A stretch of DNA of 64,000 nucleotides from positions 192,181 through 256,180 of the forward strand of contig JAQWMR010000013.1 of NCBI GenBank assembly GCA_029246685.1, in the 5' to 3' direction. The translations under genes and the position numbers were made by a program. The notes under the pieces are model-generated. The model made no database searches, had not been told where the DNA came from, and worked only from the letters and a program-made list of their open reading frames with translations. Of this stretch, positions 54,926 through 64,000 are shown one piece after another (position 1 is the first letter of the stretch; the number at the start of each line of letters is the position of its first letter). The DNA is from Acidimicrobiales bacterium (GTDB taxonomy: Bacteria; Actinomycetota; Acidimicrobiia; Acidimicrobiales; Aldehydirespiratoraceae).

Positions 54926-56146
54926 ATGGACTTCGACTTCCCGCCTGAGGACGATCCCCGCCGGCTCGAGATCCGCGAGTGGCTGGCAGACAACCCAACG
55001 CCCTCGGCGCAGGATCTCCTCGAGCGCGGGCTGATTGTGCCCCACTGGCCCGCGCCCTACGGACTGATTGCAGATCCTATGCATCAGATCGTCATCGACG
55101 AGGAACTCGCGCGGGCGAACGTGCGGCGTCCGAGTAACCCCATCGGTATCGGATGGGCCGGGCCGACGATCCTCCAAGCGGGTACCGATGAGCAGAAGGC
55201 TCGGTTCCTGCCCGGTCTCTTGACCGGCCGAGACATCTACTGTCAGATGTTCAGCGAACCGGACGCCGGGTCGGATCTGGCGGCCCTGTCCACCCGGGCC
55301 GAGCGTGATGGCGATGAGTACGTCCTCAACGGCTCGAAGATCTGGACGAGCGGCGGCCACTACTCCAAGTACGGGATCCTCATCGCTCGTACGAACCCCG
55401 ACGCACCGAAACACGAGGGGATCAGCTACTTCGTCTGCCCGACGGATCTCCCAGGCCTGACAATGACGCCGATCGTCGACATGACGACTGCGCACTCGTT
55501 CAACCAGACGTTCTTCGATGACGTCCGGCTGCCGGCCAAGTATCTGATCGGTGAGGAGAACGATGGCTGGCGGCTCGCCAAGGTGACCCTGGCGAACGAA
55601 CGGGTGTCCCTCAGCTCGGCCGGTTCGCTGTGGGGCGCGGGCCCATCCGCAGAGAAACTGATCGACCTCGTCCGCGAGAGTGGGGGCCTCGAGGATCCCG
55701 TCATGCGGGACCGGGCGGCCAAGCTCCACATCGAGGCCGAGGTGCTGCGGCTGAACCGCGTCCGGACACTGAGCGCTCGGCTCAACGGGAAGACGCCCGG
55801 GCCTGAAGCATCGATCCAGAAGATCATGGCTGACGAGCACGGCCAGCACGTGATGGAACTCGCCCGCGACGTGACGGGCGCCGAGGGGCTGCTCGACGGG
55901 GCCGGCCCGGCCGGCGACCTGCCGCTGAGCATGAAGGGTGGCGCGACCGAGGTGAACTTCGACCAGGAGCTGATGCCGGGCGTGGACCGGATCTGGCACT
56001 ACGGCTTCCTCTTCGCCCCCGCGCTCACCCTCGGCGGAGGGACGTTCGCCGTACAGCGCAACATCGTCGCCGAGATGGTGCTCGGCCTCCCCCGCGAGCC
56101 GAACATCGAGAAGGGCATGACGTGGAAGGAGACGCAGCGCCTATGA
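54926..56146 (+). CDS. Acyl-CoA dehydrogenase
   Basis: ORF trimmed to ATG 54926. SEPDAGSDL, NGSKIWTSG and GGGTFAVQRNIVA. Confidence 0.9.
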   Translation: MDFDFPPEDDPRRLEIREWLADNPTPSAQDLLERGLIVPHWPAPYGLIADPMHQIVIDEELARANVRRPSNPIGIGWAGPTILQAGTDEQKARFLPGLLTGRDIYCQMFSEPDAGSDLAALSTRAERDGDEYVLNGSKIWTSGGHYSKYGILIARTNPDAPKHEGISYFVCPTDLPGLTMTPIVDMTTAHSFNQTFFDDVRLPAKYLIGEENDGWRLAKVTLANERVSLSSAGSLWGAGPSAEKLIDLVRESGGLEDPVMRDRAAKLHIEAEVLRLNRVRTLSARLNGKTPGPEASIQKIMADEHGQHVMELARDVTGAEGLLDGAGPAGDLPLSMKGGATEVNFDQELMPGVDRIWHYGFLFAPALTLGGGTFAVQRNIVAEMVLGLPREPNIEKGMTWKETQRL

Positions 56147-56820
56147 GCGTCACGACGGCAACCAGTCCTTCTCTCGAGGAGCGTCTCCGGGCGGTCCCTC
56201 GACCGGTGCCGCTGATGAGTCGCGACGAGCTCGCGCAGCTCACCGTCCGCCAGCGCGAGATCCTCGAGGAGCTCACCGACCTCATCGCCGACGGCTTCGC
56301 ACATCTCACGATGGCCGACCTCGCCGCACAGCTGGGCTGCTCCCTCCGGACGCTGTACGGCATCGCGTCGAGTCGCGATCTCCTCGTCCTGGTCGCCTGC
56401 GACAGCAAGCTGTGGAGGGCAGGTCGGGCCGCTCGGACAGCCGTCGGTCCCGATTCGGGCGATCCACTGGATGCGATCCGTCGATACCTTCTCGCCGCCA
56501 CGCGAGCTGTCAGCGCGACCACCCCGCAATTCGTGGCCGACCTCGCGACCGTGCCACGAGGTCAAGCCATCAGCGCCGACCATTCTGCGTACCTGGTGGC
56601 CGCCACCAAGGAGCTATTGGATGTCGCGGTCGAGATCGGCGACATCGAACCAGTCGACACACTGGTGGTCGCCCACGCCATGGCGGGTATCGCCAACGTC
56701 TTTGTTCGTCCGGATGTGATCGACACGCTTCCTGGCACGCCCAAAGAAGCGTCCGACGACATCGCCGACATCATCCTCCGGGGTCTCACCGCCCCCGCGA
56801 CCTCTTCGGAGCACTCATGA
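56143..56820 (+). CDS. TetR-like transcriptional regulator embedded in the operon
   Basis: ORF trimmed to ATG 56143 (ATGA overlap). HTH-like GFAHLTMADLAAQLGCSLRTLYGIASSRD. Confidence 0.6.
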   Translation: MSVTTATSPSLEERLRAVPRPVPLMSRDELAQLTVRQREILEELTDLIADGFAHLTMADLAAQLGCSLRTLYGIASSRDLLVLVACDSKLWRAGRAARTAVGPDSGDPLDAIRRYLLAATRAVSATTPQFVADLATVPRGQAISADHSAYLVAATKELLDVAVEIGDIEPVDTLVVAHAMAGIANVFVRPDVIDTLPGTPKEASDDIADIILRGLTAPATSSEHS

Positions 56821-57617
56821 ACGTGGCCGACGTCCTTTCCGACCTTCTTGCCGAGCAGGCGGCGCTCGACCCGATCGTCGGGTCCCTCGGCGCCGACGAC
56901 TGGGACACACCCACCGCGAGCCCTCGTTGGGCCGTGACCGAGCAGGTCGCCCACCTCACCTATTTCGACCACGCGGCCGCATTCGCGATCAATCATCCCG
57001 ATCAGTGGGACGAGGAGATGAACCGTCTGTTCGGGGCGGCCGGCGATGGCGATCCCGGGGTGGACCAGCTGACCCTCGGCGCCGTCCGCGACCTTCCGGT
57101 CGGCGAGCGCCACGCGGCCTGGGTGGCGGGCCGCGATGCGCTCGCCCAGGCTGGGCAGACCCTGGCCGACGACGCTCGAGTGCCCTGGTACGGACCATCG
57201 ATGGGAGCGAAGTCGTTCCTCACCGCTCGGCTCATGGAGTGCTGGGCCCACGGGCAGGACATCGTGGATGCGGTCGGCGCGGCCCGACCGGCTACCGACC
57301 GGCTTCGCCACATCGCCCAACTCGGCTACATCACCCGCGGTTGGACGTACACAAACCGCAAGCTGGACATGCCCGAGGGGGAGATCCGCGTCAGCCTCGA
57401 TGCTCCCTCCGGAGACAGGTGGACCTGGGGCCCGGAGGATGCCGCGGCGACCGTTGCCGGGGGCGCCGAGGCGTTCTGCCTCGTTGTCACCCAACGGCGT
57501 CACCTCGATGACATAGAGCTCGACGTCCAGGGCGACGCTGCGGTGGATTGGCTGACGAAGGCCCAGGCGTTCGCCGGGCCGCCCACTGACGGACCTGCTG
57601 CAGGGAGTTCCCGATGA
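56817..57617 (+). CDS. Maleylpyruvate-isomerase-family mycothiol-dependent enzyme (DinB fold, TIGR03084-like)
   Basis: ORF trimmed to ATG 56817 (ATGA overlap). N-terminal WDTPTASPRWAVTEQVAHLTYFD and ECWAHGQD. Confidence 0.7.
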   Translation: MNVADVLSDLLAEQAALDPIVGSLGADDWDTPTASPRWAVTEQVAHLTYFDHAAAFAINHPDQWDEEMNRLFGAAGDGDPGVDQLTLGAVRDLPVGERHAAWVAGRDALAQAGQTLADDARVPWYGPSMGAKSFLTARLMECWAHGQDIVDAVGAARPATDRLRHIAQLGYITRGWTYTNRKLDMPEGEIRVSLDAPSGDRWTWGPEDAAATVAGGAEAFCLVVTQRRHLDDIELDVQGDAAVDWLTKAQAFAGPPTDGPAAGSSR

Positions 57618-58381
57618 GCGACGTCGTTCTGTCCGACACCGACCGAGGCGTCACCACGATCACCCTTAACGATCACGACAACCGCAACGCGCTAGGCCCT
57701 GACCTCATCGAGGGCCTGATGGACGCGATCGACGCCGCCGACGACGATCCGAACGTTCGGGTAATCGTCCTGACGAACAACGGGACGGTGTTCTGTGCGG
57801 GCGCCAACCTCAAGAACCGGAACCAGGGTCGAAAGGGTTCGCCGACGGGCATGGACCTCTTCAGCCGCTTTCGGGCCTCGCCCAAGCCCTTCGTCGGCAA
57901 GATCAACGGTCACTGCGTCGCCGGCGGAATGGGACTGGCGGCCGCGATGGACATTGCCGTCGCAATCGACACCGCGAAGTTCGGCTTCACCGAAGTACGG
58001 ATCGGTGTTGCGCCCGCGATGATCTCCGTTTTGTGCCTCCCGAAGATGCGCCCGGCGGACGCCGCCTCGGCATTCCTGCGGGGCAACCGTTTCCTGGCCC
58101 CGGAAGCAGCGCGGCTGGGCCTGATCAACGACGCGGTGCCTAAGGACGAACTCGATACGGCGATCGACGCGATCGTCGAAGACTTGCGCCTCGCCGGCCC
58201 CAATGCGATCGCCGCGGCCAAGTCGCTTCTCACGACCGTGCCGGGAATGTCCGTCGACGAAGCATTCGCGTGGACGGCCGAACTCTCCGCTGACCTGTTC
58301 CGCCAACCCGAGGCCGCCGAGGGCATGGCGGCATTCCGCGAGAAGCGACCGCCGAGCTGGGTTTCGGAGATCGACTCATAA
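57614..58381 (+). CDS. Enoyl-CoA hydratase/isomerase family (AtuE/LiuC-like position)
   Basis: Crotonase motifs (VFCAGANL, NGHCVAGGMGLAAAMD, FTEVRIGV). ATGA overlap with the upstream gene. Confidence 0.9.
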   Translation: MSDVVLSDTDRGVTTITLNDHDNRNALGPDLIEGLMDAIDAADDDPNVRVIVLTNNGTVFCAGANLKNRNQGRKGSPTGMDLFSRFRASPKPFVGKINGHCVAGGMGLAAAMDIAVAIDTAKFGFTEVRIGVAPAMISVLCLPKMRPADAASAFLRGNRFLAPEAARLGLINDAVPKDELDTAIDAIVEDLRLAGPNAIAAAKSLLTTVPGMSVDEAFAWTAELSADLFRQPEAAEGMAAFREKRPPSWVSEIDS

Positions 58382-58383
58382 GC

Positions 58384-58925
58384 GACCTGCAACTCGACAA
58401 TGAGAACGAGGTCCTCGAGAACGGACTCAACCGGGACCGGGATGGCTATGACGCTCCCTTCGCATCCGGCGATGGGCCCCGACGCAATCCCGCCGACGCG
58501 TTCCGACCGGCCCAGCCGTAGGCGCCCAGCTGCCTGACATCGCCGCGCCGAACCACGACGGCCGGATCGTCAACGCCCACGGGGAGCGGGGCGACGGTCC
58601 TTGGCGCATTCACCGCACCGACTCGCCGGCCACGACTACCCACGTTCTGGGCAGGACAGGCGACGAGCTTCAGATCTACGACTCATCCATTCGCCTACGA
58701 GCCGTGGTCTCCCACAGCGGCTCGGATCGCGGTGACATCACGATCAGCGGTGAGGTCCGTTGGCAGGCCTGCGACGACGACCAGTGCTTCCTTCCGCAGC
58801 GGCAACGTTTCGAGCTTCCGATTCGGACGGGTGGCGTCAAGTGGATGCGGGGCGATGAAACGGACGCGGCAGAGAACTTCCGTGATCACTTCCGGCGCAT
58901 GAATAAGCGTCGACAGACCGACTGA
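58384..58925 (+). pseudogene. Degenerate remnant of a thiol:disulfide oxidoreductase (redoxin N-terminus plus DsbD-N-like domain), no usable start
   Basis: One frame reads VGAQLPDIAAPNHDGRIVNAHGERGDGPW (redoxin-like N-terminus), then jumps to GDELQIYDSSIRLRAVV...ITISGEVRWQACDDDQCFLPQRQRFELPI (DsbD-N-like). The CxxC thioredoxin core is missing. No ATG/GTG/TTG occurs before 58704, and upstream protein-like sequence is in another frame. Confidence 0.35.
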
Positions 58926-59912
58926 TCAGACGCTACCCGGGTGGTGACAGGCCACGTAGTGGTCTTCTGCGACCGCTCGTAGAACGGGCTCCTCCGTGGC
59001 GCACTTCGCGGTTGCGTGCGGGCAACGAGTCCGGAACCGACACCCACTCGGCGGATCGATGGGCGACGGCAGCTCGCCGCTGATCAACTCCGACGCCGGC
59101 GGCAAGTCGAGTTCGTGGCCCGGGATCGAGGCGAGCAGCGCTCGGCTGTACGGGTGGGTGGGCTTGGCGTACAGGGCGTCGGTACCCGCCACCTCGCACA
59201 CCTTGCCGAGGTACATCACCATCACCCGGTCGCTGACGTTCTTCACGACGGCGAGGTCGTGGCTGATGAACATTATCGTGAGCTGGAACTGCTCCTTCAG
59301 CTTGTCCAGCAGGTTCAGGATCTGCGCCTGGACGGAGACGTCCAGGGCACTGACCGGCTCGTCGAGAATCAGCACCTCCGGGTCGAGCACCAGTGCGCGA
59401 GCGATGCAGATGCGCTGACACTGGCCGCCGGAAAACTCGTGCGGCCGGCGCTCGCCGACATCGTCGCCTCCGAGTCCGACCGCCTCCATGATCTCGTCGA
59501 TGCGATCAGAGGTGGACGCGCCGTCGGGGTCGCCCCAGATCTCGATGCCCTCGCGCACAATGTCCTTGACCCGCCGACTTGGGTTCAGCGACGAGATCGG
59601 ATCCTGGAAGATCATCTGCATGGCGCGCCGAGCCCGGCGCAGGTCGGTGCCCTGCAGGTCGGTGAGTCGCTGTCCGCGAAGAGTGACCTCGCCGGACGTC
59701 GGCCGCTCGAGTTGCATCACGGCGCGGCCGCTGGTGGTCTTCCCGCACCCGGACTCGCCGACGACGCCGAGGGTCTCGCCGGCGATGAGATCGAAGCTCA
59801 CGCCGGACACCGCGTGGACCACCGTCTTATTGGGCCCGGAGAACTCGACGACGAGGTCGCGCGCCACGAGGTGGGCATCCTCGCGAAGGTGGGCATCGCC
59901 GGTTCCGGCCAT
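58926..59912 (-). CDS. Oligopeptide/dipeptide ABC transporter ATP-binding protein (DppF/OppF-like)
   Basis: ORF trimmed to ATG 59912 (ATGA overlap). GESGCGKTT, LSGGQCQRICIARAL, ILDEPVSALD and a C-terminal Cys-rich tail (GCRFRTRCPHATAKC). Confidence 0.9.
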   Translation of the reverse strand: MAGTGDAHLREDAHLVARDLVVEFSGPNKTVVHAVSGVSFDLIAGETLGVVGESGCGKTTSGRAVMQLERPTSGEVTLRGQRLTDLQGTDLRRARRAMQMIFQDPISSLNPSRRVKDIVREGIEIWGDPDGASTSDRIDEIMEAVGLGGDDVGERRPHEFSGGQCQRICIARALVLDPEVLILDEPVSALDVSVQAQILNLLDKLKEQFQLTIMFISHDLAVVKNVSDRVMVMYLGKVCEVAGTDALYAKPTHPYSRALLASIPGHELDLPPASELISGELPSPIDPPSGCRFRTRCPHATAKCATEEPVLRAVAEDHYVACHHPGSV

Positions 59913-61768
59913 CAGCTGACCTCCACGGGGTGCTCGCTCATGGGGAACCAGCACGAGTATGAGTGCACGTCTGTGCCGGCACGGACCGGGTCGTCGGTGC
60001 GGCACTTGTCCTGTACCGCAGGGCACCGTTCTGCGAACCGGCACCCGCTCGGCGGATCGATCAGCGATGGCGGTGCGCCTTCGATCGTCGTGAGCTCGCT
60101 GTGGCTCGGAAGGTTGAGATCCGGCATCGAATTCATCAGGGCGACGGTGTACCGATGCTGTGGATTGGCGAAGATCTCGGCGGTCGGCCCGTACTCGACA
60201 ACCTGGCCCGCGTAGACGATCGCCACGTTGTCGGTGAAGCCCTTGACGACGGCGAGGTCATGGGTGACGAGCACCATGCCCATTCCTCGTTCACGGCGGA
60301 GACCGTCGAGCAGCCGAAGGATCTGGTCCTGAACGGTCACGTCGAGCGCCGACGTGGGCTCGTCGGCCAGCAGCAGCTTCGGCTCGTTCGCGAGCGCGAT
60401 GGCGATGGTCACTCGCTGGCGCATCCCGCCCGACAACTGGTGCGGGTACTCCCGGAGGCAACGCTCTGCTGCCGGGATGCCGACCTGCTGGAGGAGCTCG
60501 AGCGCTCGCTCCCTCGCGTCGGCACGTGACAGATCGCCGTGGACGATCATCGGCTCGATGACCTGATCGCCGACGCGGCGGACAGGATTGAGCGCGGTCA
60601 GCGGGTTCTGGGAAACCATTCCGATGTTGGTGCCGAGGGTGCGACGACTCACCGTGTCGGCGCTGCGCAGCATGTCGACGCCGTCCACCTCCACTGTGCC
60701 GGCCCGGGTGACATCGGCGAGCGGGAACGCGCCGACGATCGAACGTAGGATCATCGTCTTGCCTGATCCGGACTCCCCGACGATGCCGAGAGCCTCGCCG
60801 GGAGCGAGCGAGAGCGAGACCTGATCGACAGGCTCGACGAGTCCGCCGGGCGTGTGGAGCTTCGTCGACAGATCAACGATCCGAAGAACGGCGTCGTCGC
60901 CTTCAGATCGCGGCTCGGGAGTTCCCTCGATGTGGAGCCGACGTGCCGTGGCGACCTCGCGCGGTGCGACCAGCGAGCGAAGTCCATCGCCGACGAGATT
61001 GAACGCCAGGATCGTCAGGAACATCACTGTTGACGGGATCAACGACACATGAGGATGGTCCACGATGAAGTGACGTCCCTCACTGATCTCCTTGCCCCAG
61101 GTGATCCCGTCAAGCGAGAGGTTCAGGAACGCCAGGCCGCCCTCCGCGATGATCACCAGGGCGAAGCCGATGAACGCGAAGGACAAGACGGGAAGCGCCA
61201 CGTTGGGAAGAAGTTCACGGCGGACTATTCGCGCCCGGGTGGCGCCCATCGATTCCGACGCGTCGACGAACTCGCGCTCCGCGAGAGCGAAGGTGGCGCC
61301 GCGCACGATCCGCGCGTAGCCCGGAATACCGAGGATCGAGAAGACGATCACGAAGACGCGCAGACTGGGCTCGAAGGCGACACTCACGGCGATGAGCAAC
61401 ACGAGTGCCGGGAACGCGAGGCTGATATCGACGATCGTTGTCATGACAGTGTCGAACAGGCCTCGGATGTAGCCGCTGATCACTCCGACCAAGGTCCCGA
61501 TGGTGCCAGCTATCCCCGTGACAACGACGCCAAGAACGAGCGCGGGCCGAGCGCCTTCGACCGAGCGGGCGAAGATGTCACGACCCGCATTGTCGCAGCC
61601 GAACCAGCGACTCCAGCTCGGCCGCTCGAAGCGCTCGCACTCTCCGGAGCGAGCGAGACGTGCGACCGGGTCCGCGATCGGAAGCGAATCACGGAAGATG
61701 GCGAGGAACACCACGAGCACGATCCAAAGCACTGCGATCCAGAAGAGAATGCCGAGCCGCTTACGCAC
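59912..61768 (-). CDS. Fused ABC permease (DppC/OppC-like) and ATP-binding (DppD/OppD-like) protein
   Basis: N-terminal about 290 aa are polytopic, with the EAA-type segment [23 protein letters not shown]. The C-terminal half has [31 protein letters not shown] and the Cys-rich tail [15 protein letters not shown]. Confidence 0.85.
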   Translation of the reverse strand: MRKRLGILFWIAVLWIVLVVFLAIFRDSLPIADPVARLARSGECERFERPSWSRWFGCDNAGRDIFARSVEGARPALVLGVVVTGIAGTIGTLVGVISGYIRGLFDTVMTTIVDISLAFPALVLLIAVSVAFEPSLRVFVIVFSILGIPGYARIVRGATFALAEREFVDASESMGATRARIVRRELLPNVALPVLSFAFIGFALVIIAEGGLAFLNLSLDGITWGKEISEGRHFIVDHPHVSLIPSTVMFLTILAFNLVGDGLRSLVAPREVATARRLHIEGTPEPRSEGDDAVLRIVDLSTKLHTPGGLVEPVDQVSLSLAPGEALGIVGESGSGKTMILRSIVGAFPLADVTRAGTVEVDGVDMLRSADTVSRRTLGTNIGMVSQNPLTALNPVRRVGDQVIEPMIVHGDLSRADARERALELLQQVGIPAAERCLREYPHQLSGGMRQRVTIAIALANEPKLLLADEPTSALDVTVQDQILRLLDGLRRERGMGMVLVTHDLAVVKGFTDNVAIVYAGQVVEYGPTAEIFANPQHRYTVALMNSMPDLNLPSHSELTTIEGAPPSLIDPPSGCRFAERCPAVQDKCRTDDPVRAGTDVHSYSCWFPMSEHPVEVS

Positions 61769-62714
61769 TGAGTCTCCGAATTCGTGGATCGAGCACGGAG
61801 TACAGGATGTCGACGAGGAAGTTGATCATCACGTAGCCCACGGCGATGATCGTCACCATTGACGCCACGACGAAGTAGTCCTTGCCGATGATGGACTCGA
61901 TGAAGACGCGGCCCATGCCCTGGTAGGCGAACAACACCTCGACGATGAACGCCCCGCCGATGAGCCCTCCGACGTTGAGGCCCGCGGCCGTCACCGTGTT
62001 GAGCGACGAGGGCCGCAGGACATGGCGCCACATGACCCGCCGGGTACTGAGGCCACGTGCCTGCGCGAGCATCACGTAGTCCTGCTGGAGCGTCTCGATG
62101 AGATCCGTCCGCAAGAGGCGCACGTAGACCGCGAGGAGATTCAGCGCCAGGGTCAACGACGGAAGGAAGTAGCCCTTGAGGTTCCCGACTGGGTCGTCCG
62201 TGAACCCCGGAAGGTCCTTCGAGAGGACCGGGAACCATCCGAGGATCACAGCGAACAGGAACATGAGGTAGATCCCGAGGACGAACGACGGCAGCGCGAG
62301 CAATCCGAACGCGGTCGCGGAGGACCAGCGGTCAACGAGCCCGCCCGGTCGCTGGGCCGACCGGATCGCAAGCGGAACCGCCAGCCCGAAGGCCATCAGT
62401 TCTGCGAGCACCAGCGTTTCAAGTGTTTTCGGGAGCGCCCCTCGTATGCGATCCCACGCCGAGATGCCGTCGTAGATCAGCGAGTCGCCAAGATCACCCC
62501 GGACGATGTCGCCAACCCAGCTCCCATACCGTTCGGGAAGTGAGCCACTCAGGCCCAGTTCTTCGCGGAGCTCCTCGATCCCCTCAGGCGTCGCGCTGAC
62601 GCCAGCGAGCCTCTCGGCCGGATCGCCAGGGATCCTGTCGAGAATGTAGAAGGTGAAGAATGTGACGACGAAGACGACGAGAACGAGCCGTCCAAGTCGT
62701 CTGAGAAACGCCAT
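61761..62714 (-). CDS. ABC transporter permease (DppB/OppB-like)
   Basis: 317 aa, polytopic, with DYVMLAQARGLSTRRVMWRHVLRPS (EAA loop). Confidence 0.9.
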   Translation of the reverse strand: MAFLRRLGRLVLVVFVVTFFTFYILDRIPGDPAERLAGVSATPEGIEELREELGLSGSLPERYGSWVGDIVRGDLGDSLIYDGISAWDRIRGALPKTLETLVLAELMAFGLAVPLAIRSAQRPGGLVDRWSSATAFGLLALPSFVLGIYLMFLFAVILGWFPVLSKDLPGFTDDPVGNLKGYFLPSLTLALNLLAVYVRLLRTDLIETLQQDYVMLAQARGLSTRRVMWRHVLRPSSLNTVTAAGLNVGGLIGGAFIVEVLFAYQGMGRVFIESIIGKDYFVVASMVTIIAVGYVMINFLVDILYSVLDPRIRRLSA

Positions 62715-62728
62715 GCGTCTGGCTCAGG

Positions 62729-64000
62729 TCAGCCCTGCGGCTCCATCCAGATCTGCTCCCACCGGTGGAAGCTGCCGCCAGTCATCGGGATCGCGTCTGT
62801 GCCGTCAGGCATGAACGAGTCCATGACCCCGTGGACATACGGCCACGCGACCTCGGACTCGGTGCCGTTGAAGTGATCGAGCCACACCACGGGAACGAGG
62901 TCCGCGAGTGCTTGCTGGAAGTCCGCATACGCCTCGTACCGCTCATCCGGATCGTCAGTCTCTCGCCCGCGGGTCAGCGCGTCGTTGATCTCGGGGAACG
63001 AGTGGTTCGTCCAGTTCGTCGTTGTCGAGTTGGAATGGAACCAGATGTAGAAGCCGTCCGGGTCCGTGTCGCTGAACTGGATCCAGGCGAAGGCCTCGAA
63101 GTCGTCGAAGATCGCCGTGATGGCCGATTGGCCGAGCGCGATGTCCTCGTACTCCACATCGACGCCGACCGAACGCCAGTCGTCCAGCACGAGGTCGGTG
63201 ACCTCGCGGAACGAAGCGCCTGACTCGCTGGACATCTTGAACTCCACCGGGCCGACCTCGGCCTCGTACTCGTCGATCAGGCGACGAGCCTCGTCGAGGT
63301 CGTAGTCGGGGTAGTCCGTCTCGGCGTACCACTGCGAGCCGGGGTGGATCGGGCTGTTCGCCGGGACCGTCAGGTCTGAGCGGAACAGACTGATGACCGC
63401 CTGACGGTCGGTTGCGAACGCCAGCGCTCGCCGGACACGCACGTCATCGAGCGGCGGAGCCGTGACGTTGAGGAGGTACCCCATCTCATTGGCGCTGGCA
63501 TTGCCGATCCAGACGTCGATGCTGTCGTCTTCGAGGAAGTCGATGATGTCGTCGTCGCCAGGCGAGTTGTAGCCGTCGAACTCGCCGTTCTCGAACGCGA
63601 GTCGGCGCGGCGTCTGCTCCGGCACGAAGGTGAACTCGATCGAGTCGAGGTACGGCAGACCCTCCTGCCAGTAGTTGTCGTTGCGGACAACGGTTGCGCC
63701 CTCGCCCAGGCTCCAGTTCTCGAGCATGAACGGGCCGGTGCTGATGAACGAGTCGTTGTTGCCGATCGTCGACGGCTCGGCGATCCAACCGCCCTGTCCG
63801 GTGAGGACGAACGGCCATGCCGCCCAGGGGGCGGTCATTCGTGCCTCGAACGTGAGGTCTCCGGTGACGACGTACTCCTCAACTTGGGCGACAACGGCAC
63901 CGGTGAGCGCCGAGTCCTTGAAGGCCTGAAGGTTCGCGACTACCGCGTTGGCATCGAGCTCCGTGCCGTTGTGGAAGAGGACGCCCTCGCGCAGCGTGAC
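62729..64000 (-). CDS. ABC transporter family-5 substrate-binding protein (DppA/OppA-like); 5' end outside the window
   Basis: The frame stays open from the track start 63838 to the window edge (..VTLREGVLFHNGTELDANAVVANL..). NDNYWQEGLPYLD is typical of SBP_bac_5. Confidence 0.85.
   Translation of the reverse strand, partial: VTLREGVLFHNGTELDANAVVANLQAFKDSALTGAVVAQVEEYVVTGDLTFEARMTAPWAAWPFVLTGQGGWIAEPSTIGNNDSFISTGPFMLENWSLGEGATVVRNDNYWQEGLPYLDSIEFTFVPEQTPRRLAFENGEFDGYNSPGDDDIIDFLEDDSIDVWIGNASANEMGYLLNVTAPPLDDVRVRRALAFATDRQAVISLFRSDLTVPANSPIHPGSQWYAETDYPDYDLDEARRLIDEYEAEVGPVEFKMSSESGASFREVTDLVLDDWRSVGVDVEYEDIALGQSAITAIFDDFEAFAWIQFSDTDPDGFYIWFHSNSTTTNWTNHSFPEINDALTRGRETDDPDERYEAYADFQQALADLVPVVWLDHFNGTESEVAWPYVHGVMDSFMPDGTDAIPMTGGSFHRWEQIWMEPQG

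Noticed and set aside
50160-55999. Long minus-strand ORFs (50160..51428, 51980..53044, 54323..55999) opposite the carboxylase/AtuA/ACAD operon
   Set aside because: All are antisense to strongly supported genes. They have low-complexity composition and cross gene junctions.

Overview
High-G+C, gene-dense chromosomal segment, most likely from an actinobacterium. Supporting signs are a mycothiol-dependent (DinB/MDMPI-type) enzyme family, a DivIVA-domain protein, a DUF4916-like protein, many GTG starts and many 4-nt ATGA/GTGA overlaps. I support about 65 protein-coding genes. I saw no rRNA, tRNA, CRISPR, IS element, integrase or prophage/defence signature.

Content from left to right:
- trkH-trkH-trkA, 5-formyl-THF cyclo-ligase, and the H+-pyrophosphatase gene with a clean terminator.
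- A cell-envelope block: DivIVA-domain protein, M23 peptidase, MarC-like protein and an HTTM-domain protein.
- menB, a pseudouridine synthase, ung and bioB.
- A TetR-TauD pair, a geranylgeranyl reductase, and ald with a divergent Lrp/AsnC regulator.
- A two-gene molybdopterin oxidoreductase with no Tat signals, whose FeS subunit is fused to an NrfD-type membrane anchor.
- A convergent cluster: gamma-butyrobetaine-hydroxylase-like Fe/2OG dioxygenase, class V aminotransferase and a six-ligand HD-domain protein.
- bioA-bioF-bioD, divergent from an Atu/Liu-like biotin carboxylase operon.
- A Dpp/Opp-type ABC transporter that runs off the right edge.

The observation I rate highest is an ArsC-type arsenate reductase gene (36771..37085, minus strand). 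Its catalytic Cys codon is an in-frame TGA, and it is followed at fdhF-like spacing by a GC-rich hairpin with a GGUC loop. This makes it a candidate selenocysteine ArsC that automatic annotation would truncate or call a pseudogene.

The window also holds five clearly decayed gene remnants and several perfect palindromes in divergent promoter regions.

All functional calls rest on motif recognition by eye. No database search was run and no statistics were computed.
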